NCBI GenBank assembly: GCA_030648255.1
Contig: JAUSHZ010000007.1
Coordinates: forward strand, 24,404-88,403
Length of the DNA stretch: 64,000 bases
Source of the DNA: a bacterium
GTDB lineage: Bacteria > Patescibacteriota > Minisyncoccia > Minisyncoccales > CG1-02-41-26
Direction of reading: 5' to 3'
The notes beneath the pieces are model-generated. The model was not told where the DNA came from. It worked only from the letters and a program-made list of their open reading frames with translations, and did not search any database. Made by a program: the position numbers and the translations under genes. Positions 24,899 to 31,867 of this stretch are shown here, one piece after another. Position 1 is the stretch's first letter, and each line of letters begins with the position of its first letter.

Positions 24899-27001
24899 TT
24901 ATATTCTTTTTCCTTCCACTATTTCTTGCGCTATGTTACTTGGCACTCTTTCATAATGATCAAATTCCATTGTAAAAGCTCCTCTGCCTTGAGTCAATGA
25001 CCTAAGCGAAGTGGCATAGCCAAACATTTCTGACAAAGGCACCTTGCCTTTAATTATTTTTTGGCCAACTCTGTCATCTGTTTCTTCAATCAATCCCCTT
25101 CTTCTATTTAAATCGCCAATTACATCGCCAAAAAATTCTTCTGGGCAAGCTGCTTCAAGTTTCATGATTGGTTCCAAGACAATTGGAGTAGCTTTTTTAC
25201 AAGCTGCCTGAAACGCCATAGACGAGGCAATTTTAAAAGCGATTTCTGACGAATCAACGTCATGATAAGAGCCATCATACAAAGTTATTTCAATATCCAC
25301 CACTGGATACCCCGCCACAACGCCCTTGTTAGTAGCTTCTTTAACTCCTTTCTGAACGCCTGGAATAAACTCTTGAGGAATAGCCCCTCCTTTAATAGCA
25401 TTGATAAATTCATAGCCAAGCCCTCTTTCTTTTGGCTTAACTCTCAAATACACATGGCCATATTGACCTCGCCCGCCTGACTGCTTAATATATTTTCCTT
25501 CAGCTTCGGCCTGGGCCATAATTGTTTCTTTGTAGGCCACTTGGGGCTTGCCAGTATTGGCCTCAACGCCAAATTCTCTTTTCATTCTTTCAACTAAAAT
25601 ATCTAAATGCAATTCTCCCATACCCGACATAATTGTCTCCCCAGTTTCCAAATCCTCTTTAATCCTAAAAGTTGGGTCTTCATCAGATAACTTCTTTAAG
25701 GCAATAATAAGCTTTTCTTGGTCTGCCTTTGTTTTTGGCTCAATTCTAATAGAAATAACTGGCTCTGGGAATACTGGCTTTTCTAAAATAATTTGATTAG
25801 CTTCATCACATAAAGTGTGACCTGTGCCAGTTCTTCGCAAGCCCACGGTGGCTGCAATATCTCCGGCCATAATCTCATCAATATCTTTTCTGGAATTTGC
25901 ATGCATTTGCAAAATTCGGCCAATTCTTTCTTTTTCACCAGTAATTGGATTTAATAAATAAGAACCTTTTGTTAAAGTTCCAGAATAAACCCTAAAATAA
26001 GCCAAACTGCCCACAAATGGGTCGGTGGCAATTTTAAAAACTAAAGCTGAAAATGGCTCTGTGTCATCTGCTTTTCTGGTAATTTCTTTTTCAGTTTTTG
26101 GGTCAAGGCCCTTAACTGGTGGCAAGTCGGCTGGGCTTGGCAAATAATAGCAAACAGCGTCAAGCATTAGTTGAACGCCTTTATTTTTTAAAGCTGAACC
26201 CGCCATCACTGGAATAAGCTTATAAGCTAAAACTGATTTTCGTAAAGATGCCCTCACTTCGTCCACTGAAATTTCTTTACCTTCCACAAACCTGTCTAAT
26301 AAATCTTCGTCTTCTGAAGCAATTTTTTCCATCATATTATGCCTCCATTCTTTGGCTTTTTCTTTTAGGTTTTCCGGGATTTCATTTTCAATAACTTTTT
26401 CTCCTTTTTCTCCCTCAAATGTATAATATTTTTGCGTAATTAAGTCCACAATGCCTTTAAATCTTTCCTCGTGGTCATCGGGAAATTGAATAGCCACAGA
26501 CGACTTGGTAAGTTTTTGTTCAATAGAAGCCAAGCATTTATCAAAACTTGCTCCCATTCTGTCCAGTTTATTAACAAAACAAATTCGGGGCACTTTATAA
26601 TTGTCGGCCTGTCTCCAAACAGTTTCAGATTGAGCTTCCACTCCAGCTACTCCATCAAACACAACCACAGCCCCATCTAAAACCCGCAAAGATCTTTGCA
26701 CCTCGGCTGTAAAATCAATGTGGCCGGGAGTATCAATTAAATTAAATCTAAATAAATTGTCTTTTTCTTTTTCCATTCCAGTGGGCGTCCAATAACAAGT
26801 GGTAGCAGCTGATGTAATAGTAATGCCCCTTTCTCTTTCTTGTTCCATCCAATCCATTACTGCCTCGCCTTCGTGCACTTCGCCAATTTTATGGGAAATG
26901 CCGGTATAAAACAAAACCCGCTCCGAAACGGTTGTTTTTCCTGCGTCAATATGAGCAATAATGCCAATATCCCTTGTTTTTTCTATAGAAAATTCTCGCA
27001 T
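24899..27001 (-). CDS. fusA: Elongation factor G
   Basis: 700 aa; AHIDAGKTT, DTPGH and NKLD motifs plus EF-G domains II-V. Confidence 0.97.
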   Translation of the reverse strand: MREFSIEKTRDIGIIAHIDAGKTTVSERVLFYTGISHKIGEVHEGEAVMDWMEQERERGITITSAATTCYWTPTGMEKEKDNLFRFNLIDTPGHIDFTAEVQRSLRVLDGAVVVFDGVAGVEAQSETVWRQADNYKVPRICFVNKLDRMGASFDKCLASIEQKLTKSSVAIQFPDDHEERFKGIVDLITQKYYTFEGEKGEKVIENEIPENLKEKAKEWRHNMMEKIASEDEDLLDRFVEGKEISVDEVRASLRKSVLAYKLIPVMAGSALKNKGVQLMLDAVCYYLPSPADLPPVKGLDPKTEKEITRKADDTEPFSALVFKIATDPFVGSLAYFRVYSGTLTKGSYLLNPITGEKERIGRILQMHANSRKDIDEIMAGDIAATVGLRRTGTGHTLCDEANQIILEKPVFPEPVISIRIEPKTKADQEKLIIALKKLSDEDPTFRIKEDLETGETIMSGMGELHLDILVERMKREFGVEANTGKPQVAYKETIMAQAEAEGKYIKQSGGRGQYGHVYLRVKPKERGLGYEFINAIKGGAIPQEFIPGVQKGVKEATNKGVVAGYPVVDIEITLYDGSYHDVDSSEIAFKIASSMAFQAACKKATPIVLEPIMKLEAACPEEFFGDVIGDLNRRRGLIEETDDRVGQKIIKGKVPLSEMFGYATSLRSLTQGRGAFTMEFDHYERVPSNIAQEIVEGKRI

Positions 27002-27016
27002 AAGTTAATCGGTTTA

Positions 27017-27079
27017 GTCATTCTGAGCCAACGGGCGAAGAATCTCGGCCGAGACCCTTCGCTAATCACTTAGGGTGAC
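27017..27079 (-). repeat. GC-rich imperfect palindrome between rpsG and fusA
   Basis: gtcattctgagc..gcgaagaatctcggccgagacccttcgc..cttagggtgac. Arm mismatches are G-U compatible only in minus (mRNA) sense. Resembles the gtcattctgagc..gaagaatc palindromes seen in many genomes (memory). Confidence 0.7.
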
Positions 27080-27088
27080 AACAATATT

Positions 27089-27550
27089 TTATCGGGCTAG
27101 ATAAGCAAAAGCTTTGTTGGCTTCGGCCATTTTATGGACATTGATTTTCTTTTTCACTGCCTCGCCCTCCCCCTTGCTTGCCTGCATAATTTCTTCAGCT
27201 AATCTGCTGGCCATATCTTTGCCTTTTTTCTTTTGGGCAGATGAAATAAGCCATCTCATGGCCAAGCTCAAAGCCCGTTTGTCTTTAACCTCTCTGGGCA
27301 CCTGATAAGTAGCTCCCCCAACACGCTGTGGCCTCACTTCAACTTTTGGAGCAGCTTCTTCTAAAGCTTTTTCAAAAATATCCATTGGCTCTTGTTTGGT
27401 TTGCTCTTTGACAATATCAAAAGCGCTATAAACAATTTTTTGGGCAATGCTTTTTTTGCCTTGAGTCATTACAGTGTTTATAAATTTTGCAACAATAACG
27501 CTGTCATAAGATGAATCAGGCAATATTTCTCTTGTTTTAAATTTAGCCAT
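27089..27550 (-). CDS. rpsG: 30S ribosomal protein S7
   Basis: 153 aa; KFINTVMTQGKKSIA..VEVRPQRVGGATYQVP. Confidence 0.95.
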   Translation of the reverse strand: MAKFKTREILPDSSYDSVIVAKFINTVMTQGKKSIAQKIVYSAFDIVKEQTKQEPMDIFEKALEEAAPKVEVRPQRVGGATYQVPREVKDKRALSLAMRWLISSAQKKKGKDMASRLAEEIMQASKGEGEAVKKKINVHKMAEANKAFAYLAR

Positions 27551-27814
27551 GTTAGTAATCGTTAATGAATGAGTGGCGATTAGCCACGAGTGAATTTACG
27601 AGGACTTACACCCTGTGAAGTAAGATTTGAGGTCTCTTCCAAAAAGTGTATTCTCTTAAACTTTTAACTATTTTTCTCTCGCATCAATTGTTAATAATCG
27701 TACCCTCAAATCTTAATTTTAAATTTTTTACTAAAAATTTAAAATTACTTCACGGGGTAAATTCCGCCAACCGCTCAAACTTCGGCTCATCGCCTCGTTT
27801 TTGCTGGGCGTCAT
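27551..27814 (-). repeat. Intercistronic structured element, copy 17 (E4 / hybrid M with ~85 nt extra arm / S2)
   Basis: rpsL stop to rpsG ATG. Extra arm closed by aagatttgagg/ccctcaaatctt. The S2 arm ends gggcgtcat+tta. Confidence 0.88.
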
Positions 27815-28231
27815 TTAACTTTTAACTCTTTTTGCTCCGTATTTAGATCTTCCATTTTTTCTGCCAGCCACCCCTGTGGTATCTAAATGTCCTCTAACAA
27901 TATGATATCTCACGCCGGGTAAATCTTTAACCCTTCCCCCTCTCACCAAAACCATTGAGTGCTCTTGTAGGTTGTGGCCTTCCCCGCCAATATAAGCAGA
28001 AACTTCTTTGCCATTTGATAGCTTAACCCTGGCTACTTTTCGTAAAGCCGAGTTTGGTTTTTTTGGAGTAACTGTGAAAACCTTAGTGCAAATTCCTCTC
28101 TTAAATGGAGACGCGTAGTCCTGTGGCCTGTTTTTTAAAACATTAAAACCATAAGTCAAAGCTCTCATCTTGATTGTTTTTTTCACTGGCTTTCTTGGCT
28201 TTTTAATTAATTGATGAATTGTTGGACACAT
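27815..28231 (-). CDS. rpsL: 30S ribosomal protein S12
   Basis: 138 aa; [39 protein letters not shown]. Confidence 0.95.
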   Translation of the reverse strand: MCPTIHQLIKKPRKPVKKTIKMRALTYGFNVLKNRPQDYASPFKRGICTKVFTVTPKKPNSALRKVARVKLSNGKEVSAYIGGEGHNLQEHSMVLVRGGRVKDLPGVRYHIVRGHLDTTGVAGRKNGRSKYGAKRVKS

Positions 28232-28280
28232 AAATAATAAAAATAAATAAAAAATAAATCACTCTTTCACAAGTAAATTT

Positions 28281-28309
28281 AATTTACCAAATAAAAAATT
28301 TAATGTCAA
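28281..28309 (-). promoter_or_regulatory. Promoter of the rpsL-led superoperon
   Basis: Minus sense TTGACA - 17 nt - TAAATT, about 45 nt upstream of rpsL. Confidence 0.6.
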
Positions 28310-28320
28310 CAATGCTTGAA

Positions 28321-28349
28321 CTAAAACTCAGCAGATATCTGCTGAGTTT
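28321..28349 (-). terminator. Rho-independent terminator after the repeat-protein gene
   Basis: Palindrome aaactcagcagatatctgctgagttt followed by a U-run in minus sense. Confidence 0.7.
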
Positions 28350-28366
28350 AGTTTTTAAAATAATTT

Positions 28367-29317
28367 TTACTTACACTGCTGGGGTTTCACAGAGGTGCAG
28401 GTCAATGTTCCGTCAAGTGCTGTGCACCAAGTAATTCCTGCTTTGTCTGTATCTCCAATTCCCAAACAGCCAGTCAACGCTCCACTTCCTATCATAACTG
28501 TTGTCGAAGCAGAAGACGACACCTCCAAATTATACGCCGGCGTTGTCGTCCCAATCCCGATATTACCCTTCAATATTGTTTTCGTAATACTAGTATTTCC
28601 TAAAGTTACAGAATTGCTGCCATTGCCTATAGCACTCGCTCCTATTACTATTTCATTGGTATTCCCGTCTGCTCCAGCCATTGCGTTATAACCCTCATAA
28701 ACAGAGTTACTGGAAGTTGTATTGGCGGTAACACCATCGGCAATATAAACACCAGCCTTCGTGCCATTGGCGGTGTTTTGATAACCAGTATTATAGTAGA
28801 GAGCCTGCATACCGTTAGCGGTATTTTGATAACCAGTAGTGTTTGAGAAAAGAGCCTGCATACCGTTAGCGGTATTGTAATCGCCAGCAGTATTAGAATA
28901 AAGGGCATACACGCCATTAGCTGTATTTGTATATCCTGTAGTGTTAGAGTAGAGAGATCTATAACCAACAGCAGTATTATAACCCGCTTCATTTGTACTG
29001 GCTGTTGAACTTGCCATCCCCGCTTGATAGCCAACAAAAGTATTGTATAAGGATACATCATAATGACCTGCCTGGTAGCCAATATTAGTTTTAAAGCCAA
29101 TATTATTAAAATCAATTAGATCAGTAACCGCTATACCAAGAGAGGTTAGATATGTAGTAGTAGTTGTAGCTAATGTGCTAGTACTAAAAACATCTAGAGC
29201 TCCCCCAATAGAAACATTATTACCAATTGTGGTAACAGCTTGGGCGACTATAACTACGCAAAAAACCGTTGTTATGACGCTCACTACTACAGTAAAAATT
29301 TGCTTTTTATTATTCAT
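28367..29317 (-). CDS. Secreted/surface repeat protein (tail-fibre-like or adhesin-head-like repeats)
   Basis: 316 aa; N-terminal signal anchor and about 10 tandem 14-15 aa units (GYxNTANGxxALYSNT). The C-terminal KGNIGIGTTTPAYNLEV motif is recalled from fibre-like proteins. Confidence 0.7.
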   Translation of the reverse strand: MNNKKQIFTVVVSVITTVFCVVIVAQAVTTIGNNVSIGGALDVFSTSTLATTTTTYLTSLGIAVTDLIDFNNIGFKTNIGYQAGHYDVSLYNTFVGYQAGMASSTASTNEAGYNTAVGYRSLYSNTTGYTNTANGVYALYSNTAGDYNTANGMQALFSNTTGYQNTANGMQALYYNTGYQNTANGTKAGVYIADGVTANTTSSNSVYEGYNAMAGADGNTNEIVIGASAIGNGSNSVTLGNTSITKTILKGNIGIGTTTPAYNLEVSSSASTTVMIGSGALTGCLGIGDTDKAGITWCTALDGTLTCTSVKPQQCK

Positions 29318-29374
29318 AGCTTCTTCATTCTTAATTTTTTAGTTTATATCCTATACTACCTTTTACACTTAGTC

Positions 29375-29404
29375 AAACAAAAAACTAACACTTTTTGTTA
29401 GTTA
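29375..29404 (-). terminator. Rho-independent terminator closing the 29588-30052 transcription unit
   Basis: Minus sense AACUAACAAAAAGUGUUAGUU + UUUUUG. Confidence 0.65.
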
Positions 29405-29587
29405 AATTTTTACTTCACTTTACCCGCGGTCGCCGGTATTTTGAAGCATTGACAAATGACTTTGAAATTTGCTATTATTTAAATAACCTGCTGGATGCCT
29501 TAGTGACCACCGCTCGTAATTGACGGTCTGAGCTAAGGATTACTTGGGCACAGACCCAAGTCGATCCCTGCAGAACGAAGCCCGCGG
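29405..29587 (-). ncRNA. Structured GC-rich 3' region directly after the stop of the 154 aa ORF
   Basis: CCGCGG (29582-29587) pairs with CCGCGG (29424-29429). Inner three-way junction at 29488-29573: P1 cugcagggau/auccagcag, P2 cuuggg-ucugug-cccaag, P3 ccuuag..cuaagg. Confidence 0.45.
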
Positions 29588-30052
29588 CTATTTAAGCCGT
29601 GGTTTTCGTTTATCTGAAGAAAAAATGTCTAAAACATTATTGGCTTTTACTACAACATCTGGCTTTCTTTCACCTCGGAAAACAGCGATGGCCTCTTGAT
29701 GCGCTTTACTTTTCTTGCCTATTTGGCTAAAAGACACCTTTGGCGATTTAATTTTATTTTTATCAAACAAAGAAAGTAAGATGCTTCTAATTACGGCTTC
29801 GTGACCTGGGTATTCTCTATCAATAATTAAAGAATCAATTTTTTCGTTTTTAATTAGTAAAAATACTAAACCAGCAAAAATTCTAAATACAAAATTTTTG
29901 TGGGGCCTGTCTATCTCTCGCATAACAATTAAAACCTTTCGTTTTTCTTTAGCGCTAATCAAAAGAGTTCTCGCCTTACCATTAGCAAAACAAACTACCG
30001 TTAGTTTCCTAGTATCTTCAACTTTTCCTGATTGATCAATTTCTATAGGCAT
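29588..30052 (-). CDS. Hypothetical protein (154 aa from MPIEIDQSGK)
   Basis: ORF track 171 aa; the internal ATG at 30052 follows a plausible promoter (TTGTAA..TAGAAT). No family recognised. Confidence 0.6.
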   Translation of the reverse strand: MPIEIDQSGKVEDTRKLTVVCFANGKARTLLISAKEKRKVLIVMREIDRPHKNFVFRIFAGLVFLLIKNEKIDSLIIDREYPGHEAVIRSILLSLFDKNKIKSPKVSFSQIGKKSKAHQEAIAVFRGERKPDVVVKANNVLDIFSSDKRKPRLK

Positions 30053-30340
30053 AAAGTTATCATAATTTATTCTAATTCTAACATAAGGATTTTTACAAAA
30101 CAAAACCGCCCTAATAAAATCAAAAGCGGAATTTTGTTTAGTATTTTATTTTTTTATTTCGCTGGGAAGGCTGGAATATTTGGTCTTATCTGGATTGACT
30201 GGGCGGTGATGCTGCCGTCATAGCTAGCGATTTTTCATCACCTTTCAAGTTGTGGAAATATCATACCATTTTTCACCCAAAATTCAAACCCTAAAATACA
30301 ACAACGTTCGGAGTTCCGAACGCTGTCTAATATGCAAAGC

Positions 30341-30436
30341 TCATTTAATATTATGATTTTTGCCAAAAAATTGGCTAAAAAACACAACACACAAAACAAG
30401 AATACTAGCAATTAAAGTACTATAATTAATGGTCAT
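30341..30436 (-). CDS. Candidate small hydrophobic peptide (31 aa)
   Basis: Not in ORF track. AAAAGGAGGCGTAAATA-ATG, peptide MTINYSTLIASILVLCVVFFSQFFGKNHNIK. Followed by the hairpin cagcgttcgga/tccgaacgttg plus a U-run. Confidence 0.45.
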   Translation of the reverse strand: MTINYSTLIASILVLCVVFFSQFFGKNHNIK

Positions 30437-30518
30437 TATTTACGCCTCCTTTTAAGTTAAAGAGCCCTTACTTAAGACACAAAAGAAATTGCTATACTTT
30501 AGCAACTTTTTTTGTGGC

Positions 30519-31142
30519 TCAAACGATTTTTGTTCCAACCAAAAACTGAAAAATCTCCATCAAATAACTTCCAAAATACGGGAATACAAAATAAATAAAC
30601 ATAATAAGAAAAAATATTCCAAATTGGTTTAAAAAAGCTATGGCGTTTTCTGCTGATTTTGGTAAAAAAGCAAACAAAATATGCGAGCCGTCAAGCGGAG
30701 GTATCGGCACCAAATTAAAAAATGCCAATAGTAAATTTATCCAAACAACTTCCAAGAAAATCGCCCCTAAATTTTGGCTAAATAAAGAACTGCCCAATGG
30801 TAAAAAGCGCAAAACTAAAGTAAAAATCAAAGCCACAGAAATATTAGCCAAGGGACCTGCCATAGCCACCTTAGCTTCGCCATATTTTCTATCTCGCAAG
30901 GCATACGGATTTATTGGCACTGGTTTTGCCCAGCCAATCAACATACTGCTATGAGATATTACCAAAAGCAAAGGCACAATTATTGAGCCAAACAAATCAA
31001 TGTGTTTTATGGGGTTTAAGGTTATTCTCCCCATATCTCTGGCGGTTCTATCTCCCAAGCGTTCAGCCATGGCTCCATGGGCCACTTCGTGGATAATAAT
31101 AGAAAAAACCAAAACAATTACGCTAAAAATAATATCAATCAT
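30519..31142 (-). CDS. Site-2 protease family (M50) zinc metalloprotease
   Basis: 207 aa polytopic; HEVAHG in TM1 and the NLVPIPPLDGSH motif. Confidence 0.85.
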   Translation of the reverse strand: MIDIIFSVIVLVFSIIIHEVAHGAMAERLGDRTARDMGRITLNPIKHIDLFGSIIVPLLLVISHSSMLIGWAKPVPINPYALRDRKYGEAKVAMAGPLANISVALIFTLVLRFLPLGSSLFSQNLGAIFLEVVWINLLLAFFNLVPIPPLDGSHILFAFLPKSAENAIAFLNQFGIFFLIMFIYFVFPYFGSYLMEIFQFLVGTKIV

Positions 31143-31190
31143 TGTTTTTTCTTACATATTATACTAATATGATTAAAACTACAAATTAAA

Positions 31191-31366
31191 TGGTGGGCTA
31201 CCCCAGCTCAAATTTTGCGAAGTAATGCGGGGGCAACCCGCTTCGCCCACCGCCAGCTGGCGGTAAGGGATGGGGCTATTCGCCCCACGCAGGTTGCAAG
31301 ATATTTTTTTAAGTTTAATTAAATTTTATATAAAGTGGTGTTAGCGGAGGCAAAATTTGAGCGGGG
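31191..31366. other. GC-rich structured island between the M50 protease gene and rpmB (strand unresolved)
   Basis: 17-bp long-range stem ccccagctcaaattttgc (31201-31218) / gcaaaatttgagcgggg (31350-31366). It encloses hairpins gcgaag..cttcgc, ccgccagctggcgg and tggggc..gcccca. Confidence 0.5.
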
Positions 31367-31401
31367 TGCTCATTTTGTTAATTCGCTTCGCTCAAAACAA
31401 A

Positions 31402-31686
31402 ATGGCAAAAGTATGTACAATATGTGGCAAGGGCTCATTAATGTTTGGAAAATTAAACAAGTTAAGGGGAAAATATAACCCAGCCCCAAAAGTAAGAAAA
31501 TACCCAAACCTTCAATGGCTAACTGTGCCAAAAGATGTTCGCAATAAAAAATTCACTAAGCTTGCTGGCCAAAGAATCGAGGCCTGTACTAAGTGTATTA
31601 AAACTTTATCTAAGCCCGTGCGACAGAAAAAGCAAAAAGAATCTCCAAAAGAAGAAGTAAAAGAACCCGCAAAAATCGGGGCATAG
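31402..31686 (+). CDS. rpmB: 50S ribosomal protein L28
   Basis: MAKVCTICGKGSLMFGKLNKLRGKYNPAPKVRKYPNLQW.. Start at the internal ATG 31402; Lys-rich C-terminal tail. Confidence 0.88.
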   Translation: MAKVCTICGKGSLMFGKLNKLRGKYNPAPKVRKYPNLQWLTVPKDVRNKKFTKLAGQRIEACTKCIKTLSKPVRQKKQKESPKEEVKEPAKIGA

Positions 31687-31700
31687 TATATCAGTATTAT

Positions 31701-31760
31701 GCAGGGCTGGGGGTCCTGTGAGCTGGGTGCGATTCCCAGTGCCCCGACTGTAAAGCCCGC
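31701..31760 (+). other. T-arm-like capped hairpin in the rpmB 3' UTR
   Basis: gc(a)gggct/agcccgc and gggg/cccc stems capped by ctggg-tgcgatt-cccag (5-bp stem, 7-nt loop, T-loop-like). Confidence 0.4.
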
Positions 31761-31765
31761 CAAAC

Positions 31766-31792
31766 CAAAAACCGCCGAAAGGCGGTTTTTGG
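31766..31792 (+). terminator. rpmB rho-independent terminator
   Basis: aaaaaccgccgaaaggcggttttt + gg. Confidence 0.8.
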
Positions 31793-31832
31793 TTAAATTA
31801 TTACACTGGTAAGACCTGTGTAAAACTTTATC

Positions 31833-31862
31833 TTGACAATGGTTATATTTTTTTGCTAATAT
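31833..31862 (+). promoter_or_regulatory. Strong promoter for the small RNA at 31868-32040
   Basis: TTGACA - 18 nt - TAATAT. Confidence 0.6.
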
Positions 31863-31867
31863 AACAG

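Noticed and set aside
1278-27814. The repeated intergenic units could be a CRISPR array or integron attC sites.
   Set aside because: For CRISPR, there are no short uniform direct repeats with unique spacers, the units are 130-300 nt and separated by essential genes, and no cas genes are present. For integrons, there is no intI, the terminal motif in gene sense is YCTAAC rather than GTTRRRY, and the supposed cassettes are the universally syntenic r-protein genes.
28648-29115. A 155-aa alternative-frame ORF lies inside the repeat-protein gene, and many 60-170-aa antisense or off-frame ORFs lie inside fusA, tuf, secY, copA, rplB and others.
   Set aside because: They are fully nested in strongly supported genes, have low-complexity or repeat-derived composition, and have no independent start signals.
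31191-31300. The GC-rich islands at 31191-31300, 29405-29587 and 31868-31923 could be SRP RNA, RNase P RNA or 6S RNA.
   Set aside because: The SRP domain IV signature (GNRA-capped helix with ..GGAAGCAGC-type strand), the RNase P conserved blocks (GAGGAAAGUCC..) and the 6S-type long bubble hairpin were not visible by eye. No call was made.
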